A stretch of 64,000 nucleotides of DNA from a bacterium (GTDB taxonomy: Bacteria; Patescibacteriota; Patescibacteriia; Patescibacteriales; JAKAJF01), in the NCBI GenBank assembly GCA_021788015.1, contig JAJYLD010000001.1, forward strand, positions 17,581 through 81,580, read 5' to 3'. Shown piece after piece: positions 53,904 to 63,611 of this stretch (positions within the stretch are counted from its first letter, which is position 1; each line of letters opens with the position of its first letter). The notes under the pieces were generated by a model. That model saw only the letters and a program-made list of their open reading frames with translations. It was not told where the DNA came from and did not search any database. Made by a program: the position numbers and the translations under genes.

Positions 53904-54641
53904 ATGCCAGTTATCAAAATAAACGGATTGGGCCATAGATACGGCAATCAAGCTGCGTTGAACAATTTGAATTTAATCGTTCTCGAAGGAGAGATCTTTG
54001 GATTTTTAGGTCATAACGGTGCCGGAAAAACCACAACTATAAATATTCTGACAACCTTACTTACCCAAACATCGGGAACGGCCGAAGTTGCCGGATTTAA
54101 CACGATTAGCCAGAGCCGACAGGTGCGCCAAAACATCGGTTACTTGCCGGAAAATGTCATGTTTTATGATAATCTTACCGCTTTTGAAAATTTAGCTTTT
54201 TTCGCCAAACTTTCCGGAGTCACGGATATTGAAGAAAAAATATTCGAAGTTCTCGACTTTTTGGATTTCCGAGGAATTGAAAACAAGAAAATGGGAGAAT
54301 TTTCCAAAGGAATGAGACAACGCATCGGCATTGCTCAGGCCATAATTCACAAACCGAAAGTTTTATTTCTCGATGAGCCTACCTCCGGACTGGACCCGAT
54401 GGGAATAAAAAATTTGCGAGAAATTATTATTCGGCTGAACAAAGAAAAAAATATGACAATTTTCATGAATACTCATCTGCTTTCGGAAGTGGCTTTAACC
54501 TGTACTTCTATCGGCGTACTTAGCCGCGGACATCTGATTTACAATGATACGCTGGAAAATACTCTCAAAAAATTTCCCAGCGAAGCGTCTTTGGAAGATA
54601 TATATGAGCACGTGGAAAAAACGGCGAAAAAGATTAAGTAA
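53904..54641 (+). CDS. ABC transporter ATP-binding protein (ABC-2 exporter type)
   Basis: Walker A GHNGAGKTT, signature FSKGMRQRIGIAQAI, Walker B VLFLDEPTSGLD. Confidence 0.9.
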   Translation: MPVIKINGLGHRYGNQAALNNLNLIVLEGEIFGFLGHNGAGKTTTINILTTLLTQTSGTAEVAGFNTISQSRQVRQNIGYLPENVMFYDNLTAFENLAFFAKLSGVTDIEEKIFEVLDFLDFRGIENKKMGEFSKGMRQRIGIAQAIIHKPKVLFLDEPTSGLDPMGIKNLREIIIRLNKEKNMTIFMNTHLLSEVALTCTSIGVLSRGHLIYNDTLENTLKKFPSEASLEDIYEHVEKTAKKIK

Positions 54642-54644
54642 AAT

Positions 54645-55601
54645 ATGGCAAAAATAATTTTTACGCTGGCGATTAATGAACTAAAAATACTTTTGCGCGA
54701 AAAGACTTTCTTGCTTCTTTTGGCGATTTTTATGGCCATGACTTTTTTTTCCGTCTACATCGGTTGGTCTACAAGGACTACGATTTTTGCAATTTATCGC
54801 GAATCGCTGTCAATCCTTCGGGAAGCGGGGATGTCAAAGTTTCCTCCGGACCCCGTCTTAAATGTTCCGGCTTTGGCAGTGTTTAATAACATGATTGTTT
54901 ATATTTTTCTCATCGGAGCGCTTTTGGCCATAGTTATCGGCCATCGATCATTTATCCGGGAAAGAAAATCAGGAGTTCTTCCGCTTATTTTTTCAAGACC
55001 TGTTGGACGCAAAGAATATATAGGCGGAAAAATGGCCGGCATCATGCTGGCGCTTGCCTTCGTACTGGCGATCACCTTTGCGGTCAGCGCTCTTTCTTCC
55101 TTGTTTATACCCGGTTTGCGGATGTCTTTTGCGGAGATTGAAAAACTTTTCTTCTTTTACGGCGTTTCTTTTTTATATCTGTTTGTTTTTTCTCTTTTAG
55201 GTCTTTTATTTTCCATATTTATGAGGGCGGAATCGATGGCCCTTCTCGTGCCGATTATCATCTGGGTCGCCTTATCTTTTGTTTTGCCCGAATTGACTAC
55301 CGGCCAAAATCCGGTGGCCCTTCTTAATCCTGTCAATATTGCCCAAAGCCCGCAGGCTCAAGGTCAGTTTTTTGTGTGGGCAAGAAACCTATTGGCGCCG
55401 TTTTCAATCAGTCAGCACTTCACCGTTTTATCCTTACATCTTTTGGGAATAGAAAAGCAGACAGAGGCGTCCGGCGGCTTGTCGGTATTATCGGTTAATT
55501 TTCAGCATCTGATCTTACTCATGATCTCCATTTTCATTTTTGTTGCCGCCAATATTTTCGCCTTGAGCAAGTATTCAATAACTCGGGATAAAATTGTATG
55601 A
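54645..55601 (+). CDS. ABC-2 family transporter permease
   Basis: 318 aa with about 6 TM helices. Follows the ATPase and its stop overlaps the next start. Confidence 0.75.
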   Translation: MAKIIFTLAINELKILLREKTFLLLLAIFMAMTFFSVYIGWSTRTTIFAIYRESLSILREAGMSKFPPDPVLNVPALAVFNNMIVYIFLIGALLAIVIGHRSFIRERKSGVLPLIFSRPVGRKEYIGGKMAGIMLALAFVLAITFAVSALSSLFIPGLRMSFAEIEKLFFFYGVSFLYLFVFSLLGLLFSIFMRAESMALLVPIIIWVALSFVLPELTTGQNPVALLNPVNIAQSPQAQGQFFVWARNLLAPFSISQHFTVLSLHLLGIEKQTEASGGLSVLSVNFQHLILLMISIFIFVAANIFALSKYSITRDKIV

Positions 55602-56578
55602 GAAATAGCGACGCTTTCATTGTTATAGCGAAGAAGGAGTATGCCGACGCGGTCAAAAATGTTCTTTTTTTAACGCTAGTCTCGTTCCTTCTGGGATTAG
55701 TGGGTATTTCGCTGCTTGTGGCGGCTTTTAATTTTCAATCACAGGTGGCTCAGTATAATCAGGCTCTCGAACAAATCAAGCAATCCGGACTTACGGGAGC
55801 CATGCTGGAAGAGCCGCAATATTATCCGCTCCAGATGCTGCGAGGAACTGTCGAGTATTTGGAAATTATCGGAGCCATTATCGGCATAATCCTGGGCTAT
55901 CTGGCGATTGCCAAAGAAAAAGGAGCCAACACCGCGCGCTTACTTTTGAGCCGTCCTCTTGGCGGGGTTTCTTTTGTCGGAGGAAAAATTTTTGGAAACA
56001 GCCTTTTAATTCTTTCCGTGCTGGGTATTATATTTTTATTTATAATTGTTTCGATATCCGGCATCGGCCATGTACTGTTTTCACAATTGGAATTGCTAAA
56101 ACTTTTTCTGGCGTTTTTATTTTCTTTCATCTATTTGGTTTTCTTTTTTTGCTTTGCGATGCTCCTGACACTTTTTTTTAGGTCGATGCCGCACGCTCTT
56201 ATCGTCGCTTTTTCCGTATGGCTGGTTTTTGTTTTAATTATTCCGCAAATCGGCGATACGATGGATCCGGACAATCAGGTTCCCGGCGGATTTTTCAACA
56301 GCATGCATATGACCCAGGACCAACAAAAGCGGGTTATCGCGAAATTTAAAAGATACGAAAATTTTCGGAATGCCATGGAAGAGTCATCAGTGGAGAAACA
56401 TTACGAGCGTCTGGTTTTTGCCACGCTTGGCATAAAAGATATGTACAACGATAAGGGCCTGTCTTTTATATTCAAGGACAAATGGGGTGATTTAGTCTGG
56501 GTGATCGGTTACTGTATCATGGGAGCTATTCTTTCTTTTGCGCTTTTCAAAAACGGACGTTTATTAAACTCGCCCTGA
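55598..56578 (+). CDS. ABC-2 family transporter permease (second subunit)
   Basis: 326 aa, polytopic, translationally coupled (ATGA overlap) to the ORF at 54645. Confidence 0.75.
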   Translation: MRNSDAFIVIAKKEYADAVKNVLFLTLVSFLLGLVGISLLVAAFNFQSQVAQYNQALEQIKQSGLTGAMLEEPQYYPLQMLRGTVEYLEIIGAIIGIILGYLAIAKEKGANTARLLLSRPLGGVSFVGGKIFGNSLLILSVLGIIFLFIIVSISGIGHVLFSQLELLKLFLAFLFSFIYLVFFFCFAMLLTLFFRSMPHALIVAFSVWLVFVLIIPQIGDTMDPDNQVPGGFFNSMHMTQDQQKRVIAKFKRYENFRNAMEESSVEKHYERLVFATLGIKDMYNDKGLSFIFKDKWGDLVWVIGYCIMGAILSFALFKNGRLLNSP

Positions 56579-56648
56579 CATATGGTGAATAGTTAAAATC
56601 TTTTATAATAACTAAGCTAATCAATTAAACTAATCAATAACCAAATCT

Positions 56649-57272
56649 ATGAAAAAATTTTACATTATTGGAGCGATGGTTATCGTTATAATGGTTTTGA
56701 TATATGCCGGCCATAAAACTTCTTCGCCAAAATATTCCGAAAAACCATCTCCAAAAAATCAAGTCGCTATTGTTGCTTCAAACGGTTCTTCACAAAATTC
56801 GGCCACGGTAGAAACAAAACAAGATCCGGAAGATGTAGTGCCGGGTATATATCCCAATCCGATTAATAATAATGCCACAGCCGAAGGCTTCAAACTTTCT
56901 TCGCTTATGGTGGAGAATAATACTGATGCTTTGGGGAACGCGGTTAATGACCATCTGCAGTTTACCCTTCAGAATTTGACCAACAAGGATATTTCCAATT
57001 TTGAAGTTTATTACACGATTACCGATACAACAAATAATAAGAAGGAAGGCTATTATAAAAAACTGGACAATTTTACTCTGAAGGCGAATTCTTCCCAAGA
57101 TGTGCATTTTGACGGGCAACCCGGTTATGGCCATTACACTGACAATCCGCACAACCTTTACCACACCTCTTCAGACAAACTGCAATTCACAGTGGAGGTA
57201 AGCGCGCCGGGATACAAGATTGAATCAGCCGATGTTGCTAAAGACGCGGGGGGAGCGGAAACCAAAGATTAA
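56649..57272 (+). CDS. secreted hypothetical protein
   Basis: 207 aa with an N-terminal TM/signal segment. No family recognised. Confidence 0.55.
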   Translation: MKKFYIIGAMVIVIMVLIYAGHKTSSPKYSEKPSPKNQVAIVASNGSSQNSATVETKQDPEDVVPGIYPNPINNNATAEGFKLSSLMVENNTDALGNAVNDHLQFTLQNLTNKDISNFEVYYTITDTTNNKKEGYYKKLDNFTLKANSSQDVHFDGQPGYGHYTDNPHNLYHTSSDKLQFTVEVSAPGYKIESADVAKDAGGAETKD

Positions 57273-57348
57273 TGAGATTTTTAATTTGGATCGATTGGCG
57301 CGTCTTAAACAATAAATCAATTTGTTATAATTAAGTCATATTAAATTT

Positions 57349-57630
57349 ATGAACAAAGCAGCATTAATCGAAAGACTGACCGCAGAAGTGCAAGTCACAA
57401 AAAAGCAGGCCGAAGACATGATCGAAGGCCTGACAAAAATCATTATTGGCGAGCTGAAAGCCGGCAAAGAAGTAGTCTTGGCCGGCTTCGGCGCGTTCAT
57501 GGTTAAAGCTCGTCATGCGCGCGGCGGCGTCAATCCTCAAAATCCGATAGAAAGGATTCAAATTCCGGAAGTCAAAGTGGCTAAATTCAAAACGGGAAAA
57601 AATTTGAAAGACGCATTAAAGGGAAGGTAA
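57349..57630 (+). CDS. hup: HU family DNA-binding protein
   Basis: MNKAALIERLTAEVQVTKKQAEDMIEGL...GFGAFMVKARHARGGVNPQNP..I.IPEVKVAKFKTGKNLKDAL. Confidence 0.93.
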   Translation: MNKAALIERLTAEVQVTKKQAEDMIEGLTKIIIGELKAGKEVVLAGFGAFMVKARHARGGVNPQNPIERIQIPEVKVAKFKTGKNLKDALKGR

Positions 57631-57778
57631 ACTCCATAGCGATTAGGAGAAAATAAACCTAACTCAAAGATAAATTAATTATATTAATTTTGTTTTTGAA
57701 TCATAGTTCTATACGAAGAGGCTTGCCAATTTGTTTAAGAATTATAACAGAAAACAAGCTTTTTTATCCCAATAAATT

Positions 57779-58819
57779 ATGCAAGATTTCAAAAATTATT
57801 CGATAAAGAAAAAAAAGTCCTTTAATGTTTTGGCCAGTCCGCTAGCGGTTATTTTTTTGATAATCATTATCGGGTTGATTGCCCTCTTTTTCTTATCCGG
57901 AAATCACGGCGGAAAAAGTGGAAACGGCAAGTTGGTCATAGCCTCAACCGGGTCGCCGGCAAATGCAGGCGATGCCAAAAATAATGGCGCGGCCCATAAA
58001 CCGCCGGCTTTTGATATTGCTAAGCGTAAAAGCCTGCCCATGGATAATGAAACAGGTTACCTTAATTGGATGTTGACAAATACTCCTGAAAAAAAAGATT
58101 ATTTGATGGCTAAATGGGATCGTGCTCAGGCGGTTATCGCAAATCAAGATGCCACTGACCCGCGAGTCATTGAGGCGTTCTTGCGCGCACCGCGGGAATT
58201 TTTCTTTAACGCCGGAAGCGCTCAAGCGGCTTATGCCATGCCGGCCGCGCCGATCGGCTATGGCCAAACTATCTCCGGACCGCACCTGGTGTCCCGCATG
58301 ACGCAAGCTATCGATCCAAAACCGAATCAAAAAGTGCTCGAGATCGGAACCGGATCGGGTTACCAATCCTCCGTGCTAGCCGAACTTTCCAATTATGTTT
58401 ATACTATTGAGATAGTGCCTCAATTGGCGCAAAAAGACGATGCAAATTATACCAAGCTGTCCCAATATTATCCCGAGTACGCGAATATCAAACGAAAAAA
58501 TGCCGATGGTTATTACGGCTGGCCGGAATATGCGCCGTTTGACAGAATAATCGTCACTTGTGGTATCGATCATGTCCCTCCGGAACTGTTGAAAGAGCTG
58601 GCGCCCGGTGGTATTATGGTTATTCCGGTCGGTCCGCCTTCCGGGCAAACTGTGCTCAAAATCACCAAAGAAGTCGCATCCGACGGTTCGATAACTTTTA
58701 AGCGCGAAGACATTTATCATGGCAAGAAAGTAATTTTTGTGCCTTTTACCGCCGGACAAGGTCAAATCCATTCAAATTCCATTGATTCAAATGCCACCAG
58801 TTCAAGCGCCTCCAAATAA
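57779..58819 (+). CDS. pcm: protein-L-isoaspartate O-methyltransferase with N-terminal membrane anchor and linker
   Basis: IGYGQTISGPHLVSRMTQAI...VLEIGTGSGYQSSVLAEL...VYTIEIVPQLA...FDRIIVTCG. Preceded by a TM helix (VLASPLAVIFLIIIIGLIALFFL). Confidence 0.85.
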   Translation: MQDFKNYSIKKKKSFNVLASPLAVIFLIIIIGLIALFFLSGNHGGKSGNGKLVIASTGSPANAGDAKNNGAAHKPPAFDIAKRKSLPMDNETGYLNWMLTNTPEKKDYLMAKWDRAQAVIANQDATDPRVIEAFLRAPREFFFNAGSAQAAYAMPAAPIGYGQTISGPHLVSRMTQAIDPKPNQKVLEIGTGSGYQSSVLAELSNYVYTIEIVPQLAQKDDANYTKLSQYYPEYANIKRKNADGYYGWPEYAPFDRIIVTCGIDHVPPELLKELAPGGIMVIPVGPPSGQTVLKITKEVASDGSITFKREDIYHGKKVIFVPFTAGQGQIHSNSIDSNATSSSASK

Positions 58820-58832
58820 TCAGCAAAATCCA

Positions 58833-61469
58833 ATGAATAAAAAAATTTTTAATTTCCGTCTGCTCGCGCTTTTTATTGTTTCAATTGTTTTAATTGCTTA
58901 TGAGCTGGCAGTTATGCGCACTTTTGCTGTCGGCAGTTGGTCGAATTTCGGTTCAATGGTGATCAGTATAGCGTTGCTCGGCATGGGTCTTGCCGGAACG
59001 CTATTAACTTTCTTTTCCGAACGGATTCGGCAAAGCGCCGGAGCATGGCTTAAATGGCCGGCTATTGCGCTCGGTCCGGCCATGGCCGCCGCCCAGATTG
59101 CGGCTCAGTATGTTCCTTTTAATCCGGTCATGATCGGCGTTGACGCTACTCAAATTTTTTGGATCGGAACTTATTATTTCATTTACGCCGTTCCTTTTTT
59201 TATCGGCGCGATTTTTATCGGCGCCGTTTTTATCGAACTCCAGGATCGAATGCACCAGGTTTATTTTTGGAACATGGCCGGATCGGGACTGGGTGGTGTG
59301 GTGGTGTTGGGACTCATGTATCTTTTGCCTCCGGAACGCTTGATTGAACCGCTTTTAATCCTGTCCGCCTTGGTACCTCTCCTTTGTTTCCTGCAATTTA
59401 ATGAAGAAGATAAACAAATTAAATTGGCAACCGCACCGTCAGTCGCCATAGCTCTGCTCATGATCATTTCCATCGCATTTGTAGCCACTGTCGGCCGGAT
59501 TAAAGTTTCTGAATTCAAGCCCGTAAGCTATGCCCGTCAATTTCCCGACGCCAACCCGGTCTATTATTCTTATGGTCCGACCGGAGAGTACCAGGTTTAT
59601 CAAAGCTCCTATTTTCATTTCGCGCCGGGTCTGAGCGATAATGCCAGCTTGAACGTAAAATCCATGCCCGAAAACGCTTTTTTAGGACTCTATATCGACG
59701 GCCAGGGACCGATCGGCGTGATGCGTAAATTGAAGCCGGACGAAGAAGCATATATGGACTATCTTCCAATGGCCGCGCCTTACTCACTTCTTAAAAAACC
59801 GAGCGTCCTCCTTCTCGAACTTGGAGGCGGAATCGGCGTGTCAGACGCGCTTTATCATCAAGCGCGATACGTATCGGTTGTCGAGCCGGATCCGGCGTTG
59901 ATTCATATGCTTAAAGATACCGATTTTTTCCGGCAGTATACCGGCGATGTCTTAAATGATCCCAAAGTGCGGATCTATAATACTGAACCGCGCGCTTTTA
60001 CCGGCAGCACTTCCAAACGTTTCGACTTGGTTGAAATCGGGCTGATCGATTCAGTCGGCCTTTCCCAAACGGGTGGCTATGATCTTGAAGAAAATTATAC
60101 TTATACGTCCGAAGGAATACAAAACTATCTTCGCACCTTGAATCCAAACGGAATTTTGTCGATTACCGTCTGGAATAAACTTGATCCTCCCCGCAATGTT
60201 CCGAAACTTTTGACGACTGTGATTGATGCGTTACAAAAGAAGGGGGTTAAAGATCCGGGGAAGCATTTGTTTGTTTTTGATTCGCTTCTTTCCACCGCGA
60301 CGGTACTGGTTAAAAATTCGGAATTTACCGGGGCTGATTTAAAAACCTTAAAGCAGTTTCTTCATAAGACTTCTTTCGAACCGTGCTATTATCCGGGCAT
60401 GCCCGATCCCGGCAAAGATTTTTCGGCAATTTTAAGCGCTTACACCGACAAATTCAAACCGCAAGTTTCTATTGTGGCGCCAACCGCGACAGATGCAAAG
60501 ATGAAAAACGCCATCGGGGCAGAAACTAAAACTGGGATTGCGGCCGGCGCAACAGTTAATGACCAAACCGTCTCCGGCTCAAATTCCGCAGCATCAATTG
60601 ATCTTCTTCCGGAAGATCTTTACTATTATACAATTAAATGGCTTTTAAACGGCCGGGCCAAAAAATTATACGACGGCTACTTTTTTAATATCTCTCCGGC
60701 TGATGATAACCGGCCTTACTATACCGGTTATGTAAAACCGGCCGCCGTTCCCGAAGTGGTAAATAATATAAAAGATTTGTCTGAAGAATGGGGATATGTG
60801 CTTGAACTTGCGACGCTGGTCTTGTCCATATTCTTTGGAATGCTTATCGTTCTTATCCCTCTTGTCGGCCGACGTCAGGAATTATTTCGTCGTCAAAAAG
60901 GAACGGTGCGTGTGATTATCTATTATGCGGCATTAGGCATAGGGTATATGATGCTGGAAATGTATCTTATTCAAAGACTGGTATTTTTTTTGGCCAATCC
61001 GATTTTTTCCAATACCATTGTCATTACGGCCATGCTTTCGATTTCCGGAATCGGCGCTTTGGCGGCCGGACGCTTCAAAGGCGGTAAGCGCCGGCTAATA
61101 ATTTACGCGGTCGCAGGCATTGCGGTTACAATTGTCTTCTATCTGACTTTAATGCCAAAGATTATCGATGCATTCTTGGGCTGGCCGCTTATTTTAAAAA
61201 TGCTGTTATCCATTCTCTTTATCGCGCCCGGCGCTTTTTTTCTCGGCATGCCTTTTCCAACCGGTTTGGATGAGCTTTCCAAAAACCGAAGCGGCCTGAT
61301 TCCCTGGGCATGGGGAATAAACGGCGCGCTTTCCGTAACTGGCGCGGCCCTCACTCGTTTGATTTCAATTTCTTGGGGTTTTCCTGTTGTGCTTATGACA
61401 GTTATCATTCTTTATTTTCTCGCCCTTCTTGCCTTTTCCGGCAATCAGATTAAAACTGCCGAAAAATAA
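58833..61469 (+). CDS. large polytopic membrane protein with central spermidine-synthase-like methyltransferase fold
   Basis: ATG at 58833 (MNKKIFNFRLLALFIV). N- and C-terminal TM bundles flank VLLLELGGGIGVSDAL..VSVVEPDP...RFDLVEIGLIDS, which resembles fused MFS/spermidine-synthase proteins. Confidence 0.7.
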   Translation: MNKKIFNFRLLALFIVSIVLIAYELAVMRTFAVGSWSNFGSMVISIALLGMGLAGTLLTFFSERIRQSAGAWLKWPAIALGPAMAAAQIAAQYVPFNPVMIGVDATQIFWIGTYYFIYAVPFFIGAIFIGAVFIELQDRMHQVYFWNMAGSGLGGVVVLGLMYLLPPERLIEPLLILSALVPLLCFLQFNEEDKQIKLATAPSVAIALLMIISIAFVATVGRIKVSEFKPVSYARQFPDANPVYYSYGPTGEYQVYQSSYFHFAPGLSDNASLNVKSMPENAFLGLYIDGQGPIGVMRKLKPDEEAYMDYLPMAAPYSLLKKPSVLLLELGGGIGVSDALYHQARYVSVVEPDPALIHMLKDTDFFRQYTGDVLNDPKVRIYNTEPRAFTGSTSKRFDLVEIGLIDSVGLSQTGGYDLEENYTYTSEGIQNYLRTLNPNGILSITVWNKLDPPRNVPKLLTTVIDALQKKGVKDPGKHLFVFDSLLSTATVLVKNSEFTGADLKTLKQFLHKTSFEPCYYPGMPDPGKDFSAILSAYTDKFKPQVSIVAPTATDAKMKNAIGAETKTGIAAGATVNDQTVSGSNSAASIDLLPEDLYYYTIKWLLNGRAKKLYDGYFFNISPADDNRPYYTGYVKPAAVPEVVNNIKDLSEEWGYVLELATLVLSIFFGMLIVLIPLVGRRQELFRRQKGTVRVIIYYAALGIGYMMLEMYLIQRLVFFLANPIFSNTIVITAMLSISGIGALAAGRFKGGKRRLIIYAVAGIAVTIVFYLTLMPKIIDAFLGWPLILKMLLSILFIAPGAFFLGMPFPTGLDELSKNRSGLIPWAWGINGALSVTGAALTRLISISWGFPVVLMTVIILYFLALLAFSGNQIKTAEK

Positions 61470-61611
61470 TAATTTGCGGGAGGCAACGGTATAAATTATA
61501 CATTTTATTGCTTCTTTATTGTTTGCGGGCGGATTGGTTTTTGGAGGCGTAAAATTTACGGAATTTTTCTTAAGTTGCTTTATTCTCGGGCAAGATATAG
61601 AATAGTGGCAA

Positions 61612-62157
61612 ATGCAAAATCAAATCGAAAAAGAAGATTTGGAAAAGTTAAAAAGGGGAGATATCGAGACTTTCGAAAAGGTCCTTTTCGTTTACGAAAG
61701 GGCCATTTTTGGTTACATTTTCAATATGGTCGGGCAAAAAGAAACCGCCGAAGATTTGACCCAGGAAGTTTTCATGAAACTTTATAAAAATCTTAAGTCG
61801 ATAGATCCCGAGAAGAGTTTTAAAAGTTGGCTTTACAAAATAGCCACAAACGCCGCTTACGATTGGTTTCGGGCGAAGAGAAATAAACGGGAACTTTTGA
61901 TTTTGGATAAAGACGACGCGCCTGAAACAATCGGCGAAGATTCGCCGTATCTAGAAATAGAAGGCAACATAGATTTGGAAGAGGCTTTCAAAAAAATAAA
62001 GCCAATCCACAGAACCGTTTTATCGCTGTTTTATTTCGAGGGCTTCGATTACAAAGAAATAGCTTCGATTTTATCCATACCCATAAATACCGTTAAGACT
62101 CACATCAGGCGAGGCAAAGAATCTTTAAAAAACGAATTGGAAGAAAAAAATGCGTAA
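61612..62157 (+). CDS. ECF (sigma-70 family) RNA polymerase sigma factor
   Basis: Region 2 is ETAEDLTQEVFMKLYKNL...SWLYKIATNAAYDWFR. Region 4 is LSLFYFEGFDYKEIASILSIPINTVKTHIRRGKESL. Confidence 0.9.
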   Translation: MQNQIEKEDLEKLKRGDIETFEKVLFVYERAIFGYIFNMVGQKETAEDLTQEVFMKLYKNLKSIDPEKSFKSWLYKIATNAAYDWFRAKRNKRELLILDKDDAPETIGEDSPYLEIEGNIDLEEAFKKIKPIHRTVLSLFYFEGFDYKEIASILSIPINTVKTHIRRGKESLKNELEEKNA

Positions 62158-63304
62158 ATTATTTTTAAAAACCGACGGACAAGAAGAAAAAGAATTTCCA
62201 AGTGCTCTTCATAATAATATCATGAAGAACGTGGTCTTTTATAAATTGCGCCGTGTCTTTTTAATCACGGCTTTGCTTTTGATCGCGAATTTAATTTTTT
62301 TCTCTTTTTACGCATGGACAAGGATGAGCGAAGTCGAATTTTTGCAAGTGGCCCGGGTTACGGTTTCCAGTTTTGAAATGGATCGGGCGGTCATAAGCGG
62401 AATAATCATGTCTTTGTACGATTTCGCTCCCAAGATTTCTATTATTTTTTTCCTTTTAAGTTTCGGACTGGCTGCGTACTTTTTTTATTCGCTGTTGAAA
62501 TTCAAAACGGCGAAAAATTTTGATTATAAAAAATCATTTTTAAAGAAATTGGTAAATTTTAAATCTTTAAGAGTCGAAAATTTTAAAAATATTTTTAAGA
62601 ATAATGACGGGACGTTGAAGAAAGCGTTTGTCGTCGTCTTTATTTTGATTTTGGCGGCGAGTTTGACTTTGCCGGTTTTCGCGTCCGGTATTTTGGGAAA
62701 CGCGAGCAAACGATATATCGCCGGCTTGAAAGTCGTCAACAAAAATTATATTACCGCCGTCAAATCCGCCAACAGCGCTTACGCCGCCGCCGTCAAAACG
62801 GCCGAAACGAATTTAAAAACCGCCTTGGCGACGAAAAACAAGACCAAAATAGTCGAGGCGAGAAAGGCCTATAAAGACGCGCTTGACTCGGCGCGAACGG
62901 CCAGAGAAAATGCTTTCATCTGGGCGAGGATAAATTTAAAAACGGCGAAAAAGGTCGTTCTTGATCGATATAAAACGGAGAAAGAGGTGAAAAAAGAAAC
63001 GACATCGGGAGAGAAGAAGCAGTACGCGGCCGCCGTGAAAACCGCCGATGAGGCGTATGACAACGCCGTCAAATCCGCCAACAGCGCTTACGCCGCCGCC
63101 GTCAAAACGGCCGAAACGAATTTCAAAACCGCCTTAGCGACGAAAAACAAGACCGAAATGGCGGCCGGAATAGCGGCCCATAAAGACGCGCTCGCGGCCG
63201 CGAAAAAGGCGAGAGAAAACGCTCTTTCCCGAGCCAAGGTAAACTTTGAAGCGGCGAAAAAATCGGCCTCGGCCGAATACAAAAATACGGAAAGGCGCGA
63301 ATAA
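62150..63304 (+). CDS. membrane protein downstream of ECF sigma (anti-sigma candidate) with duplicated Ala/Lys-rich helical repeat
   Basis: The start overlaps the sigma-gene stop. TM helices are followed by two ~100-aa repeats (AVKSANSAYAAAVKTAETN[LF]KTALATKNKT...). Confidence 0.65.
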   Translation: MRKLFLKTDGQEEKEFPSALHNNIMKNVVFYKLRRVFLITALLLIANLIFFSFYAWTRMSEVEFLQVARVTVSSFEMDRAVISGIIMSLYDFAPKISIIFFLLSFGLAAYFFYSLLKFKTAKNFDYKKSFLKKLVNFKSLRVENFKNIFKNNDGTLKKAFVVVFILILAASLTLPVFASGILGNASKRYIAGLKVVNKNYITAVKSANSAYAAAVKTAETNLKTALATKNKTKIVEARKAYKDALDSARTARENAFIWARINLKTAKKVVLDRYKTEKEVKKETTSGEKKQYAAAVKTADEAYDNAVKSANSAYAAAVKTAETNFKTALATKNKTEMAAGIAAHKDALAAAKKARENALSRAKVNFEAAKKSASAEYKNTERRE

Positions 63305-63611
63305 CGATGAAAACGCGACGATGAGATTGTCGTGATCGCGAATAAATCGATTTTTATACCGAGATAAAAGCGTTCCGGACGGGCGCTTTTATTGTTGCTT
63401 GATTATTTTATGTTTTGTTGTAAAATTAAAGGGTCCATCGCTAAATACCATTTTGGCTGCAATTCCTGAAATTCGGTAAAATTTTTCAAAAAATTTCTCA
63501 GCTTATATTTCATATAAACCTCAAAATTTATTTGAAAAATTTTCCTCGAATTTCAAAAATTTCGCTTCAAAAGCGTATTTAACAATGAACCCTAAAGTAA
63601 AAAGAAAAATT

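Noticed and set aside
62755-63123. Diversity-generating retroelement (template/variable repeat pair) for the duplicated segment in the ORF at 62150.
   Set aside because: The differences between the copies are not adenine-specific. Both copies lie inside one ORF as tandem protein repeats. No reverse transcriptase is present in the window.
63428-63596. SRP (4.5S/scRNA) gene, which often sits just upstream of dnaX. The region forms a long hairpin (AGGGTCCATCGCTAAATAC ... GTATTTAACAATGAACCCT).
   Set aside because: The sequence is very AT-rich and lacks the conserved domain IV features (a GNRA-type apical loop with flanking GGAA/AGCA-type loops). It looks like another intergenic palindrome.
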